Origin: a virus
Taxonomy: Duplodnaviria > Caudoviricetes
DNA length: 50,864 nucleotides
Strand: one strand, 5' to 3'
IMG/VR virus record: IMGVR_UViG_3300012990_000003
Location: 1 to 50,864 of that record
In this document: positions 27,016 through 36,292 of the stretch, piece by piece
Layout of the letters: each line of letters begins with the position of its first letter
Numbering within the stretch: the first letter of the stretch is position 1
The notes under the pieces: model-generated
Database searches by the model: none
What the model was told of the DNA's origin: nothing
Seen by the model: only the letters and a program-made list of their open reading frames with translations
Position numbers and translations under genes: made by a program

Positions 27016-28200
27016 ATGTGTCTAATCATTCAACGTAAGTCCGGCGAATTCGTCACTAAAGAATTCTTTCAAGACGTATTCGTTCGGAACAATGACGGCT
27101 GGGGGATCATGTGGATTTCCGGCACCGGAGAGCGTCGAAAAGTTAAGTCTAAGTCTGGCATGACTTTCGAAGGATTCTGGGAGACGTATCAATCTCTCGA
27201 GAACAACGATGTCGAGTGCATGATTCACTTCCGTATGAACACTCACGGCGATACTAACCTCGAAATGTGCCACCCATTCGAAGTGGCTCCTGGGGTATTC
27301 ATGATGCACAACGGGGTAGTAGATGTCCCGTTCGAGTACGACCAACGGAACTCCGATACTTGGGCCTTCGCAGAACTTATCGTTCGTCCTCTGCTGGATG
27401 GCGTAGACAAGGTTGATGAGGCGATTCGTTCGCCTATGTTCAAGCATATCATAAAGAAACTTATCGGTACTGGCAACCGTATGGTATTCATGGACAAGAA
27501 TGGTCCGGTATTCATGGAGACGAACAACTGGTCTAAGACTACTAAAGGCCTGATCGTTTCGAATGAATATGCTTACACCCTTGATAACCCGTCCAAAGTA
27601 AGCCGGTATACTCCCGCGTATCGTAGCAATGCTCACAATAACTATGGCTACGGTAACAGCGTATGGCCTGATTACGATACGACTGACTCGGAATACTACG
27701 GCTACAATAAAGGTAGTACGGCCCTTAGCACTGAAACCAAGACGGCGTACTGCGCCAGTCCATCAGTAACTACTAAACCTGATCCGGCGCTCATCCCTCC
27801 TCAATCTAAACTTACTCCAGAGAAGGGCTGCAACCCTGTAGTAGCTGTAGCTGTAGCAACTCCTACGGTTACTAAAGAAGTGAAAGAAAGTAATCTGATC
27901 ACGATGTTCTCTAGCGGAAGTTCCGCGGGGGGAAAGTCTGTTCCGCCAGAGGCAACAGCATCATCGCCAAGCGCAGAAGAAGAGCCTCCGCGGACAGAGG
28001 AAGAACCGGAGGAACTGGTGCTTGTAGGGACTGTGGCGGGAGCTGATTACGAGCGCAGTGAAATGGATATCGAACAGTACTGGGACGAATGCCTCTCATT
28101 CATTAAGAATGACGCAAGCGGAGAGTACGCGACTGAACTCGTATACTCTGACCCTGCCCTTGCAGCAGAACTTTTGTCATACGCAGCGGAATGGCACTAA
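27016..28200 (+). CDS. Class II (Ntn) glutamine amidotransferase
   Basis: N-terminal MC, NNDGWG, HFRMNTHG, CHPF, MHNG and SDT motifs; low-complexity C-terminal half. Confidence 0.9.
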   Translation: MCLIIQRKSGEFVTKEFFQDVFVRNNDGWGIMWISGTGERRKVKSKSGMTFEGFWETYQSLENNDVECMIHFRMNTHGDTNLEMCHPFEVAPGVFMMHNGVVDVPFEYDQRNSDTWAFAELIVRPLLDGVDKVDEAIRSPMFKHIIKKLIGTGNRMVFMDKNGPVFMETNNWSKTTKGLIVSNEYAYTLDNPSKVSRYTPAYRSNAHNNYGYGNSVWPDYDTTDSEYYGYNKGSTALSTETKTAYCASPSVTTKPDPALIPPQSKLTPEKGCNPVVAVAVATPTVTKEVKESNLITMFSSGSSAGGKSVPPEATASSPSAEEEPPRTEEEPEELVLVGTVAGADYERSEMDIEQYWDECLSFIKNDASGEYATELVYSDPALAAELLSYAAEWH

Positions 28201-28236
28201 TACTCTCTATCCCTGTGAAAGGAGGTACGTACAATC

Positions 28237-28593
28237 ATGGCCAATGATATCTTTTGGGCTAAGCTTAAATATACCGGTATTCCGGTTAGGGGGACAGAAG
28301 AACAACTTCACGAAGCTATGGATATAATGTTTTCTGAAGCGGGCCCCCAGGACTTAGACCGTTCGGAAGAACATGTAGAAATCGTTTATTCGGGACCCTA
28401 CGTAACGAATAACTTTGTCTATCTTGGCGGAGGATTTACTACTGCATATGAGTATACCATGTATGGTGGGTTCTCTTTACCCGCAGAACTAATAGTTAAA
28501 CTTTTCGAGAAACGTATGCCCGATGGCATTACTATACACCCTAACCAAGATTGGAGTGAGTTAGATCATGCGCTTAAGAGTGCTTCCGTATAA
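28237..28593 (+). CDS. HPN-motif small protein
   Basis: AAGGAGG RBS; KRMPDGITIHPNQDW. Confidence 0.7.
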   Translation: MANDIFWAKLKYTGIPVRGTEEQLHEAMDIMFSEAGPQDLDRSEEHVEIVYSGPYVTNNFVYLGGGFTTAYEYTMYGGFSLPAELIVKLFEKRMPDGITIHPNQDWSELDHALKSASV

Positions 28594-29347
28594 ATTGGCT
28601 TCTGCCTCTGCTAAGAATCTTGCGGCAGACTTGCGCTGCAAGCGTCTGTACCCTGACGAGCGTTCTCGCTTCCGCGCTAGACGGTCGGACATTATTGTTA
28701 ACTGGGGTCTCTCAGGCGGCCTCCCTCGCGGTCTTGAAGGGGCAGGAACTATTCTGAACCGACCAGAAAATGTCGCACTATCATCTGACAAGCTGCGCAT
28801 GTTGCAGCGGCTTACAGAACGTGGCATCCCTACACTGGAATTCACTACGGATAAAGGTGTAGTAGAAGGTTGGCTGGATGAAGGTAACTGCGTCTTTGCT
28901 CGTACCCTTCTCAACTCGCACTCTGGTCGCGGTATTATCGAACTCGATCCACAAGCTGAGGGGCATAGCGCCATCCCATACGCCCCTCTGTACACTAAAT
29001 ATATCAAGAAGAAACATGAATATCGCGTTCACGTTCTTCCTAACGGCAAGACAGAGATTCGTCAGAAGAGGAAGCGCAACGGCCTCGAGGAAGTAAACTC
29101 TAGAGTTCGCAATCACACTAACGGGTATAACTTCTGCAAAGAGTTATCCTTTAAACCAGATGATTTAGAGGCGGTAGCTATCGCGGCCACTAAAGCCCTC
29201 GGCCTAGACTTCGCTGCTCTCGATATTCTGTACAACGAACGCCTTAATAAGTGCTTCGTAATAGAGTCTAATTGCGCGCCCGGTTTGGAAAATTCAACTA
29301 TCCGGATGTACGGCGATGCCCTTCGCGAAAGGATATACAGAGTATGA
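28568..29347 (+). CDS. ATP-grasp ligase (RimK/glutathione synthetase-like)
   Basis: IVNWG, SDKL, HSGRGI, EYRVHV, ALGLDFAALD and ESNCAPGL motifs. Confidence 0.9.
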   Translation: MRLRVLPYKLASASAKNLAADLRCKRLYPDERSRFRARRSDIIVNWGLSGGLPRGLEGAGTILNRPENVALSSDKLRMLQRLTERGIPTLEFTTDKGVVEGWLDEGNCVFARTLLNSHSGRGIIELDPQAEGHSAIPYAPLYTKYIKKKHEYRVHVLPNGKTEIRQKRKRNGLEEVNSRVRNHTNGYNFCKELSFKPDDLEAVAIAATKALGLDFAALDILYNERLNKCFVIESNCAPGLENSTIRMYGDALRERIYRV

Positions 29348-29826
29348 GTTACGGAGATAACACCCTATTTATCGTTAATGGAAACTTACGTTCGATTCCG
29401 GGGCAATTCACTAACAGCGGAAGCCCATGCCGAACTGAAGATGATGCAGCTAGGATTAACGCAAAGGGAAAACTGTGGTTGCACGCTACTCTTTCGTATT
29501 ATTCCCAAGAATGGGACAGTAGGAGACTTCCCTTACTTACTGTCGATCAATTCCTCGCTCTCAGGCGTCTAGCGAATGGGTGCGTTCACCCTAATGCGGA
29601 ATTTCCGCAAGACGTCCCAACAGTAGAAGACGAGTACAGGAGACAAACAGTAAATGCGCAACATGGACAAGGACTCGAATACCACGGGCACGGAGCAACC
29701 CACGGTAACCACCGCAGCCCCTACTACTTCACGGCGCATCCTGCCCCCGAAGGCCAACAAACTCTTGGCAGGTTCTTTGCTGCCGGCGGCGGGGGATCAG
29801 GCTGGGTCGAGACAACAACAGCCTAG
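29344..29826 (+). CDS. HPN-motif small protein; its 3' part overlaps the next gene
   Basis: ATGA coupling to the ATP-grasp stop; RRLANGCVHPNAEF. Confidence 0.55.
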   Translation: MSYGDNTLFIVNGNLRSIPGQFTNSGSPCRTEDDAARINAKGKLWLHATLSYYSQEWDSRRLPLLTVDQFLALRRLANGCVHPNAEFPQDVPTVEDEYRRQTVNAQHGQGLEYHGHGATHGNHRSPYYFTAHPAPEGQQTLGRFFAAGGGGSGWVETTTA

Positions 29827-29986
29827 CATTCGGAAGTGCCCGACTATGCCCGCCTACGGATATACCCCGGATACTATGGAACGTAGCGAGATTAAATTCG
29901 CTGAGGACTACATAGAAGATTACTATGGTTTCCTGCCGTATCCTGACTACGTTGCAACCATCCCAACGAGGTTCACGAACAAATGA
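29654..29986 (+). CDS. Hypothetical low-complexity protein
   Basis: AGGAG RBS; ATGA coupling to 29983. Confidence 0.55.
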   Translation: MRNMDKDSNTTGTEQPTVTTAAPTTSRRILPPKANKLLAGSLLPAAGDQAGSRQQQPSIRKCPTMPAYGYTPDTMERSEIKFAEDYIEDYYGFLPYPDYVATIPTRFTNK

Positions 29987-30318
29987 GTAACGAGAGAGAT
30001 TTCACTTTTCTGTACGTAATTGAAAGCGCCGCGCAAGAGAGACCAGAGTTCGTTCCTTGCTACTCTGAGCGATATCCGCAAGTTCACGCGTTTAGAATGG
30101 GTAATGATGGAGTCCCTAAACACTCCGGTTGGCAGGATAAGTCAGCTACGATAGAAAATCCTATAGCATTTATGCTGGTGCATTATAGAGGAGCATACAT
30201 CGCAGAGCGAAAGATTAAGGCGCACCCTAAAACTTGGATTATTAGTCCTAATACTAACTTCTACAAGACCGAAGAAGAATATCTTGAGAAAGAAGGAATA
30301 ACTAGAGATGGCGCATAA
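29983..30318 (+). CDS. Hypothetical protein, possible HPN-family variant
   Basis: GAGG RBS; KAHPKTWIISPNTNF near the C-terminus. Confidence 0.65.
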   Translation: MSNERDFTFLYVIESAAQERPEFVPCYSERYPQVHAFRMGNDGVPKHSGWQDKSATIENPIAFMLVHYRGAYIAERKIKAHPKTWIISPNTNFYKTEEEYLEKEGITRDGA

Positions 30319-30673
30319 GAAAGCGAAGGTTTATAGAACCGCAGACGAAATCTCTAGGGAGAAGCTCGGAGTTATCGGGTGTTCCAGCGAAGATTCAGCA
30401 GGAAAGGGCATCGGCATGAAAGACCTCGCCCTATCCTTCATCCTTCTGACGTTTGCAATCACAGCCCCATTCCTGATCGTGTCCGCCGATGCCGAAGAAG
30501 CCCAACTTCCCGTCACCGCCCGTATCGTCACCGTCGAGCAATCCTGCGCTCTAAACGGCACACACTGCGACAAAATCAAAGAGGACGTTGCGCGGGTATT
30601 GAACGAAATGGAACCAGCGGCTGATGCTGCGACTGATGATGTGAAACCGGAAATGGAGATGAATTATGAGTGA
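30308..30673 (+). CDS. Hypothetical membrane/secreted protein
   Basis: Hydrophobic segment LALSFILLTFAITAPFLIVSA. Confidence 0.6.
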   Translation: MAHKKAKVYRTADEISREKLGVIGCSSEDSAGKGIGMKDLALSFILLTFAITAPFLIVSADAEEAQLPVTARIVTVEQSCALNGTHCDKIKEDVARVLNEMEPAADAATDDVKPEMEMNYE

Positions 30674-30906
30674 GGTGTACGATAGAGCAAAGGCTTGTCA
30701 CATGGCGCTTATAACTTGTGAAAATGACGAGAACTTTAAAGATACGCTCCATGAAATATGGATGGGGCATAGATCAACAATACTTGGTGCGCTTTTTCAT
30801 AAAGGGAATAAATAAAATGCCGAAGTGTGAAGATTATTACGATTGTTGTGATTGGTCTATCGACTACATCACCACACATTACAACCTGACGAGGAAGGAA
30901 TAAACC

Positions 30907-31092
30907 GTGGACCCGAATACTTATCTGTTCGCACTCTATCATGAGCCGACCAAATGCTTTGTCCTTGATGCTGGTTACTATGGGAACGCGACAAATATTA
31001 AAGCCTTCAAATCAGCGAAAGAGGGCGAGGATTACATCATGACCTATTGCAGAGGTCAGAATTACAAGTTGAGGAGGTTGCAGGTAAAATGA
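30907..31092 (+). CDS. Hypothetical protein
   Basis: AAGGA RBS and GTG start; coupled to the next gene. Confidence 0.55.
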   Translation: MDPNTYLFALYHEPTKCFVLDAGYYGNATNIKAFKSAKEGEDYIMTYCRGQNYKLRRLQVK

Positions 31093-31265
31093 AACAAAAC
31101 GAAGCGATCAGGATGGCTATTGCTGCGTATATTCTCGGCTTTGGCTTGAGCGCGATTTTGTTATTTTTGATTTCGGTGTTCGTCGTTCTGCCCACCTTGG
31201 CTATTCCGCTGCTCATCGGGGTGGCGATGATGTGGGCGGTTTACACGCTATACGACTATTTTTAG
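31089..31265 (+). CDS. Small two-TM membrane protein
   Basis: GAGGAGG upstream of ATG at 31089; long hydrophobic stretch. Confidence 0.6.
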   Translation: MKQNEAIRMAIAAYILGFGLSAILLFLISVFVVLPTLAIPLLIGVAMMWAVYTLYDYF

Positions 31266-31277
31266 AAGGAGTACGAA

Positions 31278-31718
31278 ATGACCCAAAAACCTATGTCCTT
31301 GCAGGACCAGGCGCAGAGGGCTTTGGATGATATACGCGCAGTATCAAAGGCAGTAGCTGGCCATAAACAGATCGGCGCAGCGGAAATTGCCACCCTTAAT
31401 TCTGCCTATGGAACATTGTCAGATACAGTTTACCGCATGAATAAGGCCAGAGAATATGCTGGCGGGCTTATCGGTTGCCGCTGTTCGGTTGATGATTGCG
31501 GTCCCGGTGACTGTTGGCCTTGCAGAATGATGACCCTGATCGGTTATCTGGATGATGCAGAAGATCAAGCCATAATCGACGGGCCGGATGCGGTTGATGT
31601 TGATGGGCTTAAAGCATCCACCACGGATTGTTACAACGGATCGGACTGGGCCAATGGCTACAACACAGCCATAGACCACCTCGCCAGCCGCAACCTCATA
31701 CGCGGTAAGGGGGAGTGA
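31278..31718 (+). CDS. Hypothetical protein
   Basis: AAGGAG RBS; Cys cluster and GYNTAID motif. Confidence 0.7.
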   Translation: MTQKPMSLQDQAQRALDDIRAVSKAVAGHKQIGAAEIATLNSAYGTLSDTVYRMNKAREYAGGLIGCRCSVDDCGPGDCWPCRMMTLIGYLDDAEDQAIIDGPDAVDVDGLKASTTDCYNGSDWANGYNTAIDHLASRNLIRGKGE

Positions 31719-31950
31719 TATGATCGTCGATTTTAGAGATAAAGCGAAAGAAACAGAACCCTGCGTATGGCAATGCAACTGCGGAAATTGTAGCACACAT
31801 GGAGAATAATGCGCGATGAACAAGAAATTTAGGTCTTTTATAACCCTTATCCTAATCCGACTAGCTAAGAAGACATGCATCTATGGCTGGACTCATGACT
31901 ATCTAGTGCGGGCAGAGGAGCAGGAACAGTGTATGGCCCTGCATGAATAA

Positions 31951-31968
31951 AGGCCCCTTTCGGGGCCT
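31951..31968. terminator. GC-rich hairpin, probable terminator
   Basis: AGGCCCC-tttc-GGGGCCT. Confidence 0.6.
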
Positions 31969-32110
31969 CTATCGTATCTATTTAAAGGAGAATTTCGTCT
32001 AACCTGTGCTTTCGCTTGGGTTAGGCTGCCATTCTCAAAGGGGCATTGTTATTGACTGCGATTAGATTAAGTATATCACGATTTCTTTGAATATACAAGG
32101 ATAAAATAAA

Positions 32111-32542
32111 ATGACTCAATATAAAGATGCTAAGGACATTGAGCCTGGAAACGTAGTGAAGTTGCGCTGCGGGACATTCTGCCTTGTGACGGAAGCCCAA
32201 GAGAGCGAATACGAATATGGCGAGGCTTCCGATGCCGCGATTCTTACGTTTAAGTTCCTTACTCCGTTTAAAGCAGGAGACGCCTATTTTATGGAAGATT
32301 CAGGGTATTACTACGGTAACAAAGCGTCTAACCGTACGAACGAGTTATGGCAAGAAGAAGATGCGCCATTAGTCTTCCTTCTAGGCTCGGTAGACCATAG
32401 AGATAAGGAGTTTGTAGATCTAGATATCGTGGAGATATTCGAATCAGAAGATCCTAACGCTAAAAGTGTAAAGTTTAATGAACAGAAATATAGTTATAAG
32501 GAGGGGCAAGAAAATGTACGCGGACATGCTGAAGGTTGGTAA
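32111..32542 (+). CDS. Hypothetical protein, tandem paralog A
   Basis: IEPGNVVKLRCG...WQEEDAPLVF...DIVEIFESEDPN. Confidence 0.75.
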   Translation: MTQYKDAKDIEPGNVVKLRCGTFCLVTEAQESEYEYGEASDAAILTFKFLTPFKAGDAYFMEDSGYYYGNKASNRTNELWQEEDAPLVFLLGSVDHRDKEFVDLDIVEIFESEDPNAKSVKFNEQKYSYKEGQENVRGHAEGW

Positions 32543-32855
32543 TAGGATCATCTTGCGAGACGGCACTACAGATATTATAGAAAGCGTAGAAGGTGACTTC
32601 TTAGACGGCATTCATTACCTCGTCCGGGGTAAAAATAATCGTATCCGGGCGTATTATGCTGGAGGGCATCATCGTGAAGCCGGATGGCCGGAAGAGGACG
32701 CCCCTATAGTGTACGTAGATGGTACCCCAGATAGTCGGGGTAAGCGCGCCTTCTCACAGGATATAGTTGCTGTCCTAGATCATGACGGCCCGAATAGCCC
32801 AGGAACCTACTTGAACAAGGAAAGGTTTGCTTATGGCGTTAAAAGACGGGGATGA
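32514..32855 (+). CDS. Hypothetical protein, tandem paralog B
   Basis: LKVGNRIILRDG...WPEEDAPIVY...DIVAVLDHDGPN; GGAGG RBS. Confidence 0.75.
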   Translation: MYADMLKVGNRIILRDGTTDIIESVEGDFLDGIHYLVRGKNNRIRAYYAGGHHREAGWPEEDAPIVYVDGTPDSRGKRAFSQDIVAVLDHDGPNSPGTYLNKERFAYGVKRRG

Positions 32856-32993
32856 AGATTATTTATACCTTTCGGTAAAGGCTCTCGCTATAGGCCTCGG
32901 AATTGCCTTGACTATTATAGGGATTTCGGGGATAATCAATATTATGGGCGCTATCTACGTATATTACACCCTCCTACAAGGATTATAAGGAAC

Positions 32994-34754
32994 ATGAGCT
33001 CTACGCGAGATGAGGACAGCTATAGGGTGCAGGGGTATATGCCCTGCGACGATTGCGGAAGTAGTGACGCGGTATCCCTCTATTCGGATAACAGGACTCA
33101 CTGCTTCTCTTGCAGTAAAACTAGATTTAACGTAAATGCGGACGTTACGACAACAACAACTATTAGGAGATCAAAAGGAATGCTTTTAGAAATGGAAGTG
33201 GGCGGAGAATATATTGACCTGAGAGGAACTGACCCCTTCATTGATCGCGGGATCATCAAGTCTGCCGCGGAAAAGTACGGAGTTAAAGTTAAGCGAAACG
33301 CAGAGGGAGATGTATCCCAAGTAATCTTTCCGTACTGCAATCTCGAGGGAGAATACAAGGCGCAAAAGATCCGCAAGAAGGGTCTAGAGAATAAGGGGCT
33401 ATGGTTCGGCTCTCCTGCGGAAGCTAAGACCTTCTTCGGGCAGCATCTGTTCAACAACGGGCGCAAGATCATCGTAACTGAGGGAGAGTACGACTGCGTA
33501 GCGGTGTATCAGATGTTCGGTCAGAAGTATCCTGTTATCTCTCTGCGGTCTGGAGCAGATAAGCTCGGGACGTCCCCAGTGAATGAGTTCAAGGCTAACT
33601 TCGAATACTTCCGGAACTTCGGAGAGGTTATCCTGTGCTTCGATGCCGACGAACCCGGGATCGTATCGGCTACTAAGGTGGCGCAGCTATTCCCTGCGAA
33701 TAAGTGCAAGATCATGAAGATGTACAAGCACAAGGATGCTAACGAGTATCTTAAGGCGGGACACGCCGAGGACTTCACTAAGGAGTTCTGGAACGCTAAA
33801 CCTCTGTCGCCGCAGGGTATCGTATTCGGCACTGATCTCGGAGATCGCATTATTACTAAACTTCGCGATAGGCAAGGCTCTACTGCCGTCAAGTATCCGT
33901 GGGAAGGTCTGAATAAGCTGACCTACGGTATTCGTAAGGAAGAAATGGTCACTATCATCAGCGGCACGGGTAGCGGTAAGAGCGCGATGATTGGCGAGCT
34001 CATGTACCACATTCTCATGAATACAAATGAGAAGCTCGGGGTAATGATGCTAGAAGAGAGCGTAGAGATGGCTAACCTCCGTATCGCTTCTCTTCACGCG
34101 AATAAACCTTATCACCTTCCAGACACAGATTGGACGGAGGAGGAGCTTCGCGGAGTACTGAAAGCTACAGTAGAGTCGGTTGATGAGGAAGGTAACCCTC
34201 GAGTAGTATCCTTCGACCACTTCGGGTCTAATGGGATTGATGAAACGCTATTCCGCATTGATCACATGGTTGCTCTCGGATGTAAGTATCTGTTCCTTGA
34301 CCACATCTCTATCTTGGTGTCGGATCAGGCTAACGGGGATGAGCGTCGAGCCTTGGACGAGATTGCTACTAAACTAAGAATGAAGGTTCAGGAGCACAAC
34401 GTTTCTCTGTTCATTGTCTCGCACTTGCGCCGTACTAACTCTAAGCCGCACGAAGAGGGTGGGCAGACTTCCCTTGCAGACATCCGCGGGACGCAAGCTA
34501 TCGCACAGCTATCTGATATCGTCATCGGCCTAGAACGTAACGGCCAATCAGAAGATGAGGTAGAACGTAATACCACGACTATCCGCGTCTTGAAGAACCG
34601 CTTCTGCGGGTTCGGAGGGGTAGCAGCTAAACTGTTCTACGACAAAGCTACGGGCCGCCTTATGGAGGTCCCAGAAGAAGTAGTGGAGATAACCGCTACC
34701 GAAGAAAGTAAAACTCCAGTAGATTGGACTACTGGTGACGAAATGCCCTTCTAA
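32994..34754 (+). CDS. T7 gp4-like DNA primase/helicase
   Basis: CDDCGSSDA...HCFSC zinc domain, Toprim TEGEYD and FDADEPG, Walker A GTGSGKS, LDHISI, SHLRR, IAQLSD, LKNRF. Confidence 0.95.
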   Translation: MSSTRDEDSYRVQGYMPCDDCGSSDAVSLYSDNRTHCFSCSKTRFNVNADVTTTTTIRRSKGMLLEMEVGGEYIDLRGTDPFIDRGIIKSAAEKYGVKVKRNAEGDVSQVIFPYCNLEGEYKAQKIRKKGLENKGLWFGSPAEAKTFFGQHLFNNGRKIIVTEGEYDCVAVYQMFGQKYPVISLRSGADKLGTSPVNEFKANFEYFRNFGEVILCFDADEPGIVSATKVAQLFPANKCKIMKMYKHKDANEYLKAGHAEDFTKEFWNAKPLSPQGIVFGTDLGDRIITKLRDRQGSTAVKYPWEGLNKLTYGIRKEEMVTIISGTGSGKSAMIGELMYHILMNTNEKLGVMMLEESVEMANLRIASLHANKPYHLPDTDWTEEELRGVLKATVESVDEEGNPRVVSFDHFGSNGIDETLFRIDHMVALGCKYLFLDHISILVSDQANGDERRALDEIATKLRMKVQEHNVSLFIVSHLRRTNSKPHEEGGQTSLADIRGTQAIAQLSDIVIGLERNGQSEDEVERNTTTIRVLKNRFCGFGGVAAKLFYDKATGRLMEVPEEVVEITATEESKTPVDWTTGDEMPF

Positions 34755-34846
34755 TGCGTACGAAGGCCTACAGGATTAGGCGCAAGATACGAAGCGTCGT
34801 AAACGCTATAATGAATTTTCTCATAGTATAAGAGGACTAAAGGATA

Positions 34847-35134
34847 ATGGTGAATATATATACAGATAGCATAGAAGTGCGCGTCCAGAGAATATATGAT
34901 GGGATAGCAGCGATGGATTATGAAGGCGTGTCCACAGTTATGACATCAGATCTTGTAGAAATAACTAATTACATGAAAGCTGCACTCGAGATATTCTCTC
35001 TTATTAAGACGAAGGAAGAATCAGATTCTGGTAACGTTTTCTCGCCTACATATATCACTTCTTGTAGAACTCACCATATGGAGCGCTTAAAGCGGCTATT
35101 ACCGAGAGTAGGAATTACCGGAGGGGGTGATTAA
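34847..35134 (+). CDS. Hypothetical protein
   Basis: RBS present; EESDSG...CR motif. Confidence 0.65.
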   Translation: MVNIYTDSIEVRVQRIYDGIAAMDYEGVSTVMTSDLVEITNYMKAALEIFSLIKTKEESDSGNVFSPTYITSCRTHHMERLKRLLPRVGITGGGD

Positions 35135-35745
35135 TGGGCGCAACATATTTTCTTTTTGACCCGCATTTCCAGCATAGAAATATCATTACCTTTAAGGATA
35201 ATGACGGTAACCTGATGAGGCCCTTCGCCTCTATCGAAGAGCACGACGAGACTATTATCGCTAACGTCAACGCCCTAGTAAAACCCGCAGATAGGCTCTA
35301 TATCGGTGGTGACGTTGCTATGAAGCGTGCTGGCATTGCTCTGGTAGGTCGCTTGAATGGCCGCAAGAAACTTTTGTATGGTAATCATGATATCCTCAAA
35401 ATAAAAGACTATATAAAGTATTTTTCCGACGTAGCCGCTTATCGTGTATACCCGGCGCAGGGGATCATCGTTAGCCATATCCCCGTTCACCCGTCTCAAT
35501 TAGAGCGGCGCTTCAAATGGAATGTACACGGGCATCTGCACAGCAATATCGTTACTAAAGATGTCCCTAAAGTAGTTGAGATAGACTGCCGTGGCGGCCC
35601 ATTCTATGATATCGCTCATGAAGTTGTTCCAGATACTAGATACATCAATCTGTGCCTCGAACACACGGGCTTTAAACCTGTAAGCTTTGACGAGATAATC
35701 GCTAGAACTGGTTGGGTAAGTGAACAGTATAAGAAAGGAGATTAA
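35134..35745 (+). CDS. Calcineurin-like metallophosphoesterase
   Basis: DPHFQH, GD, GNHD, SHIP and HGHLH motifs. Confidence 0.9.
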   Translation: MGATYFLFDPHFQHRNIITFKDNDGNLMRPFASIEEHDETIIANVNALVKPADRLYIGGDVAMKRAGIALVGRLNGRKKLLYGNHDILKIKDYIKYFSDVAAYRVYPAQGIIVSHIPVHPSQLERRFKWNVHGHLHSNIVTKDVPKVVEIDCRGGPFYDIAHEVVPDTRYINLCLEHTGFKPVSFDEIIARTGWVSEQYKKGD

Positions 35746-35748
35746 GAA

Positions 35749-36009
35749 ATGATATACGGAGAAAGTTACGACGAACGCCGGCTACGAATCCGTCAGAAGC
35801 ACAGAGCGTATTTCGATTCCATCCGAGAGTGGAAAACTAAATTCGCTTTCCTTCCGGTAGAAATCGAGGGAGGTAAAAAGCTGTGGTTAGAGAAATACCA
35901 AGAGCAATTTCGTTCTGATAATTGGGATTACTATAGACGATTGCCGAGCCAACTTTATGTAGATGCTTGCCAATCTTGGTATTATAATCGGAGGCCATAC
36001 GAAAAATGA
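35749..36009 (+). CDS. Hypothetical protein
   Basis: AAGGAG RBS; W...FAFLPV...WLEKY motif. Confidence 0.7.
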   Translation: MIYGESYDERRLRIRQKHRAYFDSIREWKTKFAFLPVEIEGGKKLWLEKYQEQFRSDNWDYYRRLPSQLYVDACQSWYYNRRPYEK

Positions 36010-36209
36010 CATATATGGATGATGTACATACTGACGCAGAACACGCGGGTAAGGTTGCCGCTAGGCACCTACAACTTTGGTTCCTTACTATCGCGCCTAT
36101 TTCTATCGAGATATACGCCCCCATAGTAAATAATTTAAATTTGGTTGCCAAGGAAATGGGATGGCCCACTGTTCATGATGAAATGTTAGGATCGGATATT
36201 ATAGAATGA
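36006..36209 (+). CDS. Hypothetical protein
   Basis: GGAGG RBS; ATGA overlaps at both ends. Confidence 0.65.
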   Translation: MTYMDDVHTDAEHAGKVAARHLQLWFLTIAPISIEIYAPIVNNLNLVAKEMGWPTVHDEMLGSDIIE

Positions 36210-36292
36210 AATATATCGTAGCAGGATCAAGAGGATTCAACGACAACGCTTTTACAGATTGGCAGGAAAATGAAACTAAGAATTATAAGTGA
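36206..36292 (+). pseudogene. Remnant of a YspA/SLOG-like (DUF2493-type) gene
   Basis: MKYIVAGSRGFND matches the family N-terminal motif, but the frame ends after 28 aa. Confidence 0.5.
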
